Below, in pieces: positions 12,668 to 24,901 of a stretch of DNA of 64,000 nt. The translations under genes were made by a program, and so were the position numbers. The stretch is from Chiloscyllium plagiosum (Eukaryota): positions 61,085,365 through 61,149,364 of the forward strand of contig NC_057719.1 in the NCBI RefSeq assembly GCF_004010195.1, read 5' to 3'. The notes under the pieces are model-generated. The model searched no databases and was not told the DNA's origin. It saw nothing but the letters and a program-made list of their open reading frames with translations. Position 1 is the stretch's first letter. Each line of letters starts with the position of its first letter.

Positions 12668-14849
12668 CATAGAGTCATAGAGTAACAGAGGTGTACAGCA
12701 TGGAAACAGACCCTTCGGTCCAACCCGTCCAAGCCGACCAGATATCCCAACCCAATCTAGTCCCACCTGCCAGCATACAGCCCATATCTCTCCAAACCCT
12801 TCCTATTCATATACTCATCCAAATGCCTCTTACATGTTGCAATTGTACAGCCTCCACCACTTCCTCTGGCAGCTCATTCCATACAGGTACCACCCTCTGT
12901 GTGAAAACGTTGCCCCTTTGGTCTCTTTTATATATTTCCCCTCTCACCCTAAACCTATGCCCTCTCGTTCTGGACTCCCCCACCTCAGGGAAAAGACTTT
13001 GTTCATTTACCCTATCCATGCCCCTCATAATTTTGTAAACCTCTATAAGGTCACCCCTCAGCCTCCGACACTCCAGGGAAAACAGCCCCAGCCTGATCAA
13101 CCTCTCCCTATAGCTCAAATCCTCCAACCCTGGCAATATCCTTGTAAATCTTTTCTGAACCCTTTCAAGTTTCACAACATCTTTCCCATAGGAAGGAGAC
13201 CAGAATTGCATGCAATAATCCAACAGTGGCCTAACCAATGTCCTGTACAGCCACAACATGACCTCCCAACTCCTGTACTCAATACTCTGACCAATAAAAA
13301 GAAGCATACCAAATGCTTTCTTCACTATCCTATCTACCTGCGACTCCACTTTCAAAGAGCTATGAACCAGCACTCCAAGGTCTCTTTGTTCAGCAACACT
13401 CCCCAGGACCTTACCATTAAGTGTATAAGTCCTGCTAAGATTTGCTTTCCCAAAATGTAGCACCTCGTATTTATCTGAATTAAACTCCATCTGCCACTTC
13501 TCAGCCCATTGGCCCACCTAGTCAAGATCCCACTGTAATCTGAGGTAACCCTCTTCGCTGTGCACTACACCTCCAATTTTGGTGTCATCTGTAAACTTAC
13601 CAATTGTACCTCTTATGCTTGCATCCAAATCATTCATGTAAATAACAAAAAATAGAGGACGCAGCACCGATCCTTGTGGCATTCCACTAGTCACAGCCTC
13701 CAGTCTGAAAAACAACCCTCCACCACCACACTCTATAATCTACTTTTCAGCCAGTTCTGTATCCAAATGGCTAGTTCTCCCTGTATCCCGTGAGATCTAA
13801 CCTTGCTAATCAGTCTTCCATGGGGAACCTTGTCGAACGCTTTACTGAAGTCCATATAGATCACATCTACCGCTCTGCCCTCATCAATCCACTTTGTTAC
13901 TTCTTCAAAAAACGCAATCAAGTTTGTGAGGCATGATTTCCCACGCACAAAGCCATGTTGATTATCCCTAATCAGTCCTTGCCTTTCCAAATACAAGTAT
14001 ATCCTGTCCGTCAGGATTCCCTCCAACAACTTGCCACCACCAACGTCAGGCTCACTGGTCTATAGTTCCCTGGTTTCTCCTTACCACCCTTCTTAAACAA
14101 TGGCAACACATTAGCCAACCTCCAGTCTTCCGGCACCTCACCTGTGACTATCGACGATACAAATATCTCAGCAAGATGCCCGGCAATCACTTCTCTTGCT
14201 TCCCACAGAGTTCTAGTGTACACCTGATCTGATCCTGGGGATTTATCCACCTTTATGTGTTTCAAGACATCCAGCACTTCCTCCTCTGTAATAAAGACAT
14301 TTTGCATTGTGTCACCATCTATTTCCCTGTAGTCTATATCTTCCATATCCTTTTCCACAGTAAATACTGATGCAAAATACACATTTAGTATCTCCCCCAT
14401 TTTCTGCAGCTCCACACAACGGCCGCCTTGCTGATCTTTGAGAGGCCCTATTCTCACCCTAGTTATCCTTTTGTCCTTTTTGTATTTGTAAAAACCCTTT
14501 GGATTCTCCTTAATCCTGTTTGCCAAAGCTCTCTCATGTCCCTGTTTTGCCCTCCTGATTTCCCTCTTAAGTATACTCCTACTGCCTTTATACTCTTCTA
14601 AGGATTCACTCGATCTATCCTGTCTACTCCTTACATATGCTTCCTTCTTTTTCTTAACCAAACCCTCAATTTCTTTAATCATCCAGCATTCCCTATACCG
14701 ACCAGCCTTTCCTTTCACACTAACAGGAATATGCTTCCTCTGGATTCTCGTTATCTCATTTCTGAAGGCTTCCCATTTTCCAGCCGTCCCTTTACCTGCG
14801 AAAATCTGCCCCCAATCAGCTTTCAAAAGTTCTTGCCTAATACCGTCAA
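12668..14849 (-). mobile_element. Relatively young 5'-truncated CR1 LINE (ORF2 C-terminal ~2 kb, frameshifted)
   Basis: Consecutive minus ORFs with 'KSPGSDQVYTR', 'PGNYRPVSLT', 'YMDFSKAFDKVPH', 'GMPQGSVL', 'FTDDTK' and 'VWNELPEEVV'. (tcatagag)n tail at the left end. Confidence 0.95.
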
Positions 14850-16381
14850 ATCACATTCAGGTGTGCAGCCCTTCATTGCATGCACAATGTTGGCTGCAGG
14901 CTACTATCATGTAAATGAGCTACAATCATGAAGTTCGTGTGAGCCCTGCATTGAAAGAAACAACTGCAGATTGATCATACATCATCCATTTTTAGGGATA
15001 TCCAAATTACATCCCCAGCTCCCCTCTCATTGACCAATTTGTTGCCACACCAGCTGAGAAATCATTACAACTGAACACAAGCAGCATGTGCTTGAAATGA
15101 ATTGAGATTAACCGAAGATTAGAGTGAGGGAGTGATAGACAATTTGTTCTGATAAAATAATTCTTATCACTGACAGATAGACTTTCTCAAAACCAACAGC
15201 ATCAGAACTGAGATCGTGCCAGTTTTAGTATTTTGCTTGATTTCAACAAATTTCAGGTTTGTCACTTACAGCACAGGAATAGACTAGTATACAAGCAACA
15301 AAACAGATTAATCTGGTGCCATATAGTGCCTAGCCAAATTGTCTCTGGTAAGTTAATTTTACTTGAGTACAATAAAAATAAAATGTCACATGATACTTTT
15401 CAAAAATGGTCAGTTTTCAAACAATCTGGTTTTCAGACAGCTGGTTTTGAAAGAGTGTACCTGCACTTGTGAGGCACAACTTAGTCCACCTGATGCAATA
15501 TATAATAATAGTAGCAAATTCTACCACCAGCCCTGATCTAATCACAATCTCTTTTGTTCCAAGACAAATGGCATCCTGTTTTTGATGGCACTCTTTAAAT
15601 GCACTTCACCAGCTTTTATTTGGCTGGCCCCATTTTCTTTCTCCACCTGCTGGGTGTGCATTCTAATACTAATCTGATGGGGAGTGGAGGAGAATCCGGG
15701 AGGCAAAATACCTATTCTGATAGTCTTAGTTGTCTCTTTATCGTGATGTCCTGTAGATACCTCTGGCCAGAATGCTGAGCTCAGAAACGAAGTTATCTAT
15801 AACAAGGTTAGTCTGTGAAATTGTTCTGTTGTGTTGTCTACATAAAGGTACAACTTTCAAAACTTCCTTAGAATACAGTATTCATAAGAGGGCAAGGTAT
15901 GTTATTTTCATCTGTTCGTAAGTAAGTGAAGTTCGTTATTTTGAAAGTTCTTGCAACACAGTGATTTGTATCCTAACTCCAACCCTATCTCTGGAGTAGA
16001 AGCCCATGTTCTAATCCCATGTGTTCCAGAAATGTGTCAAAATACTAGGTTGAGAAAAAAAGTCCATAGGCTACACTTCAAATATAATTTGCTTGTTTTG
16101 AAGTACTTTGAAATGTTCTGAGACATAATATTGCATAAAAGTACAGCTGCTTTTTTTGAGAAATTACCCAACAACGCTTAACTTTGCAGAAAAGCTGTAT
16201 AAGTCAGGTTCTATATCAGACTAAGACATTTTCAATTATCATTCTGTCACTGTTAAGCTTCTAAGAAATAGATAAAATTAAATACATTCATCACTTTAAT
16301 TCTAAATCATTCATAAGCATTTTACAATTTACTCTACGTTAAATATGATTGGATAACTCCAGTTGGAACTTTACAGAAACC

Positions 16382-16546
16382 GGGGTTTAGATCAGAGTGG
16401 TGCTGGAAAAGCGCAGCAGGTCAGGCAGCATCCGAGGAGCAGGAAAATCGACGTTTCGGGCAAAAGCCCTTCAGCAGGAATAGAGGTCAGAGCACCACTC
16501 TGATCTAAACTCTGGTTTCCAGCATCTGCAGTCCTCAGTTTTGCCT
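16382..16546. mobile_element. Short inverted PLE-derived element with 14-bp TSD and hammerhead-like core
   Basis: TSD actttacagaaacc (16368-16381) / actttatagaaacc (16547-16560). Minus-strand core ctgctga-agggc-tttt-gccc-gaaacgtc. Confidence 0.85.
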
Positions 16547-16979
16547 ACTTTATAGAAACCCTCTTCCTACTGAGCAACAAGAGGTTTGAGGAAAAGAAAA
16601 CTGGTATTCTAAAAAAATTCTACCCTAATGAAAGAAATATGAACACCACTGAAGCGAGTGCAATAGGCAAAATTTTGTCGAAATTAGTTAGATAAAGCCT
16701 AACTCAATTAAATTTCATCTTCTGTAATTGGTTTCATGGTATTAATAGTAAGTATCCTGCATTGAATGTGCTAAGTAACTTGGGTATCAGTATTCATTTC
16801 AGTTGAATATCGAATTATTCCACATCAGTGACTTCAGCACCTGACAGTGATAAAAAGGGAAAAAACATTGTAAATTTGAATTAATTAACTTCAACTATAG
16901 GCTGAAATACTTTTAGAAATATGTTAGTGGCTACATGAAGGGAGAATGATGATGGTAGTGAGTCTCTTTACACACTGAT

Positions 16980-17600
16980 TGATTTATTGTCACATGTCCT
17001 GAGATATTGTTTTGCATGCTGTACAGGCAGATCAAACCATACAAAGCGCATCAGGGTAGGAGAACAGGGTATAGAATACAGTGTTGTAGCCACAGAAAAG
17101 ATGCAGAGAGAAAGATCAGAATTAGCATTTGAGAGGTCCATTTAAATGTCCGATAACAGTGGGGCAGAAGTTATATGAATCTATTCATATTGTACTCAAA
17201 CTTTTACTGCTCCTGCCTGACGGAAGAGAGTGGAAGAGAGTACAAGCAGGATGGGAGAGGACTTTGATTATGTTGTTGCTTTCCAGAGGCAGCAGGAAGT
17301 ATAGATGGAGTCAATGGATAGAAGGCTGGATAGCATGTTAGACAAGGCTGTGTTCACAAGTCTCTGCAGTTTCTTGTGGTCTTGGGAGGAATAGTTGCCA
17401 TACCACACTGCAATGTATCAAGATAGGATGCTTTCTATGTAAAAATTCATAACAGTCCTTGTGGATATGCTGAATTTCCTTAGGTTCTTGAGGAAGTAGA
17501 GATGTTTTTGTGCTTTCTTGACAATTTGCGCAGCATGGTAGACCAGAACAGATTGTTGGTCATAATCATTCTCAGGAACTTAATGCTATCGACCATGTCC
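16980..17600 (-). mobile_element. Rex1/Babar-type LINE 3' fragment
   Basis: Minus strand shows 'IESILS', a 'FHSLPSGR'-like C-terminus and a gtgacaataaa tail. Confidence 0.6.
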
Positions 17601-17634
17601 ATCTTAGAACCACTGAAGCAGTCAGCGACATGCC

Positions 17635-17972
17635 CTCCACTCTTATGAGGTTGGGTGAGTGGGCAAAAATCTGACTGATGGTTATAGTGTGAGAAAATGT
17701 AAAGTCAGTAGGAAGAATAAAAAAACGAGCATTACTTAAGAACGACTGAAGAATTCTGAAGAGCAAAGGAATTCCAGTGTTATAGCCATAATACATAGTA
17801 TACAGGTACAGCACCTAGTCAAGAAGGCCAATGGGATGCGACCCTTTATTAAGGGAGGATTTGTACAAAAACATAAGGATATTTAACTTCGATTATACAG
17901 AACATTAGTGAGACCACATATCAAATACTGTGAGCAATTTTGGTATCCTTACTTAAGGAAGGATTTAAATGG
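17635..17972 (+). mobile_element. Old CR1 fragment, left part (split by the Gypsy element; right part ~20750-21030)
   Basis: 'LVRPHIKYCEQFWYPYLRKD' precedes the LTR, and CR1-like sequence resumes after it (gttcagaggggatttacgagattgatgcc). Confidence 0.7.
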
Positions 17973-17974
17973 CT

Positions 17975-20750
17975 GTGTGGTGATACTACACCTCCCAAAG
18001 TGGATTCTATCCTGGGTGTTTTTATGAAAAAAGGTTGAAACGGAAGTGCTGAGCAGTCTTCTCCAAAGCTGATAAATCAATTAGCTTGTTACACCTTGGG
18101 CTTTTTTTAACATTGGAACTCCAGAAGCAGCCTAAGTGAGTAGGGTTAAGCTCCCACAGAACCAGGATTTTTTTAAGTTTTAACCTTCAGTAGCAGTTGC
18201 TGGGGTATTGAAGGTGGAAGTGGAAGCTCTTATTCCTACCTCTGTCACAACAAAATCTGGGGTTCTCTTCCAGTTGCTATAATTGCTTATGATACAATCT
18301 ATTTTGCTGAATACACACACACACACATATCACATGTTACAGTTTAGCCAGTTTATTTCTTTTATTTTAATTGGAATGGATGAAGAAAGTGTGTTTTGTT
18401 TCAAGTCTGGCAGTTTGACCAATCAAATTAATCCGTGTAAGGCCTTACACTTACCTTTAAAATAAGAAAAACTTAGGGTCCTGGCTATCTTCTTAACATA
18501 TTTTGAGGGGATTTGATCAGGTTCATAACAAATTAGGGGCTCTTGTCAGGATCAAAATCTCTAATTCCAAATTGGGTTCAGGATTATTGGACTCGAAGTG
18601 GTGAGTGTTGGTATTTCATTTTATTTCAGGTGATGCATTTGGTTGGTTTAATTAAGGTGTGCCTTGTGTAGTAAAAGCTCTCTCAGTCACTAAGAGCTGG
18701 AGTTGGGATTGCCTTTGTATGTGCAAGAAAGGGAACTAATTGCAGCGATAGGTCTACATTTACAATTGCCAGGAATGCAATCAGAATTAGGGGGAATGTT
18801 CAAATTCAATTAGAAATGAATTAGTTTAAATATGAAAGGAAATGAAATAGTTTGAATTGTGATTAAAAGCCAGGGAAACAAAAATAAAAAGGAATCAAAG
18901 TGAATTACAGCAAGTGCAGCTCACCCATAGTGATGGTACTAAACCCCAATGGTACCCAACATTTATGTGTGGACTAATGCAAAGTTAATGCAGTTACAAA
19001 ATCTGATTCATAACCTATTCCATGTTTGGAAGACAGTATTAAGAAGGTGGAATATCCAACTTATATTTATAAGTTGGACTTACTCAGAGGATACTGGTAG
19101 GTACCTTTCTCCAAAACAACAATGGAAATTTTGACTTTCATGATGCCAAATGGACTATATCAGTTTAATGTCATGAAATGTGGTATGAAAAATGCATCAG
19201 TCACATTTCAAATACTAACCAACAAAGTCATTGCAGGATTACCCAATTATGTGGTATATATCGATGATCTGGTTATTTTTCGTCAGACATGGAAGAAACA
19301 TTTTATTGGAATTGTTCAATTGATTTAGGGAGGTGGGCTTGGTGATAAGAGTGAGTTTGCAAAAGCCCAAGTCATATTCATGGGCCATATCATTGGACAT
19401 GGAAACATGGCCTCAAACGAAATGAAAATAGTGGTCATTGGGAAGATTCCCATCCCATTGACTAAGAGGGAAGAACTAGAATTCCTAGGAATGAGTTGTT
19501 TCTATCAGAAGTTCACATTGAATTTTAGCAGCATGGTTGCTCCACAGACCGACTTGTTGAAGAAGTGCAGAACATTTCAGTTGATGGAGGAATGTCAAAG
19601 TTAGGTTAATGATTGCCCAGGGTTAGCCACACCTAATTACACAAATCTATGAATTGGCCATACTAAATTGCCCGTAGTGTTAGGTAAGGGGTAAATGTAG
19701 GGGTATGGGTGGGTTTTGCTTCGGCGGGTCGGTGTGGACTTGTTGGGCCGAAGGGTCTGTTTCCACACTGTAATCTAATCTAATCTAATACCTATTGATG
19801 CAAGTGATGGATGTTGGTGCTATACTCTTGTAAGAAGATGAGGAGATAAAAAGATTTATTGGTTATTTTTCCGGTAAATTGATTGGTCATCAACAGAAAT
19901 ATTCCACAATTGAGAAGGTAACCTTGAGCTTGGTGTTGGCATTGCAACATTTCAACATTTGTATTGCCAGTAATGTGTCTGAGACAATTGTAAATACTGA
20001 TCATTTGGAAAAATTTAAGGATAAAAATACCTGACTGTTTAAATGGAGCTTATTATTGTACCAATCAATTTGCAAATTATACACCTGGCAGGACAAGAAA
20101 ACATAATTGCTGATGCACTGTCGTGACTTTGATGAACGAAGACAAAGGCATTTGGTGGCGGGAGAAAAATGGACTGAAATCGACTGTAGTTGTAAATGCT
20201 TGCATGCTTAGAGTCAACGTATTGTAGCGTACTAACAGCGCAAGACTGAAGTTTTTTTAAAAATGAAGCTATCTTTGTGTCTTGATAGCTCATTTTATTA
20301 AGAGGGGAGGTGAGACAATACAATGGCTTTAAGAGGTACATTTTGTCCTTTTTTTTGATGAAGAAAGATTGAGACAGAAATAGAAAGCAGTCTGCTTCAA
20401 AAGCCAATAACTTAAACAGCTTTTGAATGCTTGTTTTTTTAAAGTTGGGACTCCAGATGATGCCTGAATGGGTGGTGTCAAGCTCCCACAGAACCAGGAC
20501 TTTTTTTAGTTTTAAGCTTCAGTAGCAGTTGCTGGGGTATTGAAGCTGGGTGTGGAAGCTCTCATTCCTCTCTCTGTTACAGCTAAAAACTGGGATTCTC
20601 TTCCTGCTTCTATGTGAGACAATCTATTTTACTGAATTTGCCTTTTCCAAGAGTGTGTTTATTGTTTGTTACTATACTGGAACAGTTAATTGGTAATAGT
20701 TAACATATACATTATTTTGTTAAGCATTTCAATAGAATTGCAGTTCAGCC
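17975..20750 (+). mobile_element. Internally deleted Ty3/Gypsy element with both LTRs, PBS, RT-RNase H relics and PPT
   Basis: Shared LTR block (aagctcccacagaaccagga...cttcagtagcagttgctggggtattgaag) at ~18148-18310 and ~20480-20640. Degenerate tRNA-Pro PBS after ...cataaca at ~18533. RT 'YIDDL' ~19255. RNase H 'IDASD', 'YSTIEK' and 'NIIADALS*' (~20125). Purine tract aagaggggagg ~20300. Confidence 0.88.
19648..19788 (+). mobile_element. 5'-truncated V-SINE inserted in the Gypsy pol
   Basis: Closely matches the 3' half of the 5811-6126 copy and ends in (aatct)n. Confidence 0.88.
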
Positions 20751-22289
20751 AAGGTGGAATTGGTTCAGAGGGGATTTACGAGATTGATGCCAAAGTTAGT
20801 GGGTTGCATTGACTGAACTTGTTTCTATTGTAGTTGAGAAGAGTGAAGATTGACTTGATCCTGCATGAATATCTTTTTATGACAGAGGTGCATATATTCC
20901 TGTTAAGCAGAGGAATTAAAAGTTATTGGAGGTAGATGGGAATGTGAAATGTGAAGCTCAAACAAAATCGAACAGCAGTGCAGTCAGGAGAGTTCAAATG
21001 GTTCACTTCTGCATCTATTTCCAATGTTTATATATTTGATAGATGTGAAGGAAGCTATATTCCCTTTAACTTTTCCTGCTATTATATTGATCTTAAGTGG
21101 TATGTGCAGACCCTCCAAGTGTCTGCATGGTCACATGGCTGCACAGTGCAGAGAGAACAATGTAAAGAGACCAAACTGATTTTTAGGATTAGGTCTCACT
21201 TGAATACAGTTAACAAGCTGCCAACCACTCAAAGAACACTAGCTGGCAGTGTGAAATTCAATAAATCAGAAATATGATGGCTCTTGAACCAAAACAACTA
21301 AGAAAGGAGTGCAGCAAATGTCTCGAAATATTTCTGTGGGTCCAGGAGGAGCATTAGTTCAGTATTTGACTATCGCAAAAATGTACAAGTTTGTTTTTGG
21401 AGCACAGTCTAGCAACCCTTTCTGGACCATTAGACCGGCCTCCATTTTTACTTGAAAATTGTCAATTCTCTAAAACACACATTGGGCCTTCATTTGTAGA
21501 TAAAAAGAGGGCTCATGTTTGTTTTGCATGGGATTACTGTCTGAATCTGCCTGAAAAATCAGATTGGCTTTGACATTCAAGTAGCAACCACGGATGAAGC
21601 ATATCTATCCCTTACAATCCCAGTATCCCAGTATCAGCTAACTAAGTGAGAAATAAGTGGGCAGCAGTTCAAAATTGTGTCTTTGCATCAATAAAATAAA
21701 AATGCATAGGACTTAGTTTCTTGGGGTAGTATGCTTAACTTCTATAACCTTCAACACTTCTGACATTCTGTTTGGACTTATTACCTCCAGTGCATTTCAG
21801 CAATTCATTTCACAACTCAAATAAATTAATAAATTGCATGTTTACTAAAATAAATGCATTTACTTTATTACATTATTTATTGGTATGTTGTATACTTGCA
21901 GTCATCATGTCATTGCTTTTGATATCTTTTCACCTGTGCGTAGGTAGTTGCACCAGGTACACAAAGCAAGCTTTTAAAAACAATATTTGTTTAATCTCAA
22001 AGTACTGCTGACATTTTTTAAATGAATGTCAATTACCGCTAATTCATTCTGACTGCTGCTTTTTACTCTATTGTTAGCCATCTATTATCTATTTGGATCT
22101 CATGATATGACTAATAGACACTTGGAATTGTATAGTACACTTTCTGTTGCTTGGAGAAGTTCTGTGACAGATGTAAAATTTACAAATCTCAGGAATTTAC
22201 AAATCTCAGTAATTTACAGGTGTTCATTCAATTGAATTTCCATAAGGTACATCCTTTTTACATATTTGTCAATCCCTCTTGAAATTTTG

Positions 22290-22512
22290 AAATAAAACAG
22301 AGAAGTGCAGATACTGAAGATCTGAAGACACTGAAGAAGAGTCACTGGACTTGAAACGTTAACTTTGCTTTCTCTCCACAGACAAGCAGGAGACTGGAAG
22401 AACATAACAAGCCAGGCAGCATGAAGAGGTGGATAAGTTAATGTTTCGGGTGTAACCCTTCTTCAGAACTGGGGGTGGGTGTAAGAGGAGCTGATGCAGA
22501 TAAAGGGGGGTT
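22290..22512. mobile_element. Two adjacent PLE terminal fragments with hammerhead cores on opposite strands
   Basis: Plus: ctgaaga-agagtc-actg-gactt-gaaacgtt (22331-22360). Minus: ctgaaga-agggt-tac-accc-gaaacatt (~22439-22467). Confidence 0.75.
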
Positions 22513-22514
22513 GG

Positions 22515-23940
22515 GAGACCAACCACGTCCATGACTGCAGCTTCAAAAGGGTGAAAGGCTGCTACTGCAACGCATAGATAATTGTTGAGAAGTCTCTTCC
22601 TGGACGACAAATTCCGACTTCACGCAGGTCAGACCCTCCTCTTCGTCCTGATGTTTCCACAAAGCCTTAACGGAACGATGGAGTTGATTGGGATTAGCGT
22701 CGACACAGTCCAGGTTATTTGTCTTAACTGCTGTGACAACAGAGGGCGCAGACAGTTCAATAACATGGAGTTATATTTAGCATTGGCAACTTGGAAATTC
22801 AAACCCCGGTCCCCAAAACAGGACTCACAACATTCTTGGAAGCGGTCAAGAAAGTCCTTGGTAGATTCCTTAGTTTTAGGGCAACATTCAAGGGTATGAG
22901 TAAGAACAATAGGTTTTGCCAGTATGGCAGATGCAGCAGCAAGGATGTCGTCTTGTCGCTGCTGATCCTGAACCATGGCATTGGCGAGGGCAGCAAAATC
23001 ATTATAACCAAAGCGTTCAGTGAAAAGGGCGTATTCAGTGCGGGTAAGGATCTGTTGAATAAGGGCCAAAGGTCTTGGGCAGTGCTGTCATAAACTTTAA
23101 TCTTTGTGTTGAGGAGCATTGCGGCGGTCTGGAGCATTACTGCGAATAGACATGATTTCATGACGCTTACAGGGTTAGTAAACACGGATAGTGGCATTTT
23201 GACCGGCAGCGCCAGCCTGTGGATTCAGCAGTTCCCTCATAGGAACGTGCCTGGAGCAGGTATTTCATCTCCTGAGTTTTCAGAAGAGGAACTCAGTGAG
23301 GTTTCTGATCAGTGGACAAGTTGTGGCAAGGCATGGTGAGACTTTTTAGAAAATTGCGAGATTTCAATTTTAATTGACCATGAGTGTTCCAAGCAACAGA
23401 GTTGGTAAATTGAGGAGGGGGTGGAGGAAGAGGCATGGCCGTGGCAGTGGCATATGTCTGAGGATGATCTGCAGCTGACGAACTAACAGGAATCTGAGGA
23501 GTATGAGAAGAAATGGTGATGGCGGTGGGAGAACAACAGGGGCTGGTGGCTGGGGAACATTGGGGATTTGAGGATTCAGTCCAATAACAGTTTGATAAGC
23601 AGGAGGTTGAACAACTGGTGGTGGAGGGTTAGTGTGAGGGGCACTTGGGGCTTTTGACTTGTGATCCAGCAGGGAGTGCAATAACTGGGGGTGCATGAAG
23701 ATTCGCTTGCGAGTTAGGTGGGGGTAGGGGAGCTGGTGGCAGTGCAAGGTGCAGATCACCTGATGAAGGAGCAGCGCTCTGAAAACTAGTGTTCCCAAAT
23801 AAACCTGTTGGACTTTAACCTGGTGTTGTGTGATTTTTAACTGAAAAGAGAAAGGATGAATTGGTGGATGTAGGATGAGAAATGGACTGCTGAAGGCACA
23901 GCCATTATTAGCAGGATCAGTTGTGGGTTGCACAATATTT
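22515..23940 (-). pseudogene. gag: Decayed endogenous retrovirus gag (Pro-rich late-domain region plus capsid)
   Basis: PSAP (23637-23648) and PPAY (23595-23606) lie in a Pro-rich frame. Capsid-like 'VPMRELL...IRVY*P', then 'VYDSTAQDLW/ALIQQILTRTE', then MHR-like 'KTKESTKDFLDRF'. Several frameshifts. Confidence 0.72.
23756..23842 (+). mobile_element. PLE terminal fragment with hammerhead core, lying within or at the 5' side of the gag relic
   Basis: cac-ctgatga-aggagc-agc-gctct-gaaa-acta-gtg. Same family as 28101-29229. Confidence 0.8.
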
Positions 23941-24379
23941 GATACTGATTGGGGACATTTGGAAGTATATGTACATAATTTAATAATTTAGCTAAGCTTC
24001 TTGTTTATCAACTGCTCATCTCATGTAATTACTTCCTTAATATAGTTTTGATGGTTGAAAAAAGACTAACTCATGGATCATGTAGTCTTCAGTTATCTGA
24101 GGACATTTGATAAAGCTTAGTCTTTTATATTTGTGGCATTTAAAGCTGTGCTAAAGGTGTTGCAGAGGATAAATGGATTTAATCCATATTTGTTACTAAG
24201 CTGTTCAGAAATGCACTATTTTATGCAGGTATGAGTTTTATACAAAACATCCATAATATTGGGTTCTGCTATGCCACTGGCACCAATGATGTAGAAGCTT
24301 TGAATTCTTTGCACAAGTTGTCCTACCAGCTACTTTTGGCAGACCACTATTGCAGGCTATGATTTGTGTGGAATTTGCA

Positions 24380-24900
24380 GAGGAATTGGCTATAATCGTC
24401 CAGAAATGATACTGGAAGATTGGAGGTTTGCAAGTGTTACAGCTTGCTTCCTTTGGGGTCAGTGCTTGGATCTGTGCTTCCTGTATTTATTTGGGTGTAC
24501 ATGACACGGTTTCAAAATTAACAGATTACATACAATTTGCAGGTGTAGTGAACTGTGAGGAGGATAGTTTCATCATCAAGTTGACTAGGCTGGTGAAATG
24601 ACTAAACATGAGGCAGATAAAATTTAACACCCAGAAATGTGAACTAATAGGAAGTAATAGTAATAGTACTTAGTAAAAAAAAAAGAGACAATATAAAATA
24701 AAGAATGCAAAACTAAAGTGGGTTCACGAACAGAGAAAGGAAGTAATAGTAATAGTACTTAGTAAAAAAAAAAGAGACAATGTAAAATAAAGAATGCAAA
24801 ACTAAAGTGGGTTCACGAACAGAAAAGTCTTAATTATTTGTCCACAACTTGTTGAAAGTGAAAGTGGCAGGGTGAATTGAGAAAGTTGTTCTTAGAAATA
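24380..24900 (+). mobile_element. Very old CR1 relic, continuing after the solo LTR to ~25610
   Basis: 'EDWRFASVT' and 'GSVLGSVLF'-like remnants, with 'GHFQKDVKTLE' after the LTR. Confidence 0.55.
24649..24826. repeat. Tandem duplication, 2 x 89 bp
   Basis: aggaagtaatagtaatagtacttagt...gttcacgaacag starts at 24649 and again at 24738, with about 2 mismatches. Confidence 0.95.
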
Positions 24901-24901
24901 T

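Noticed and set aside
12834..13460. 208-aa plus-strand ORF
   Set aside because: Antisense shadow of CR1 ORF2.
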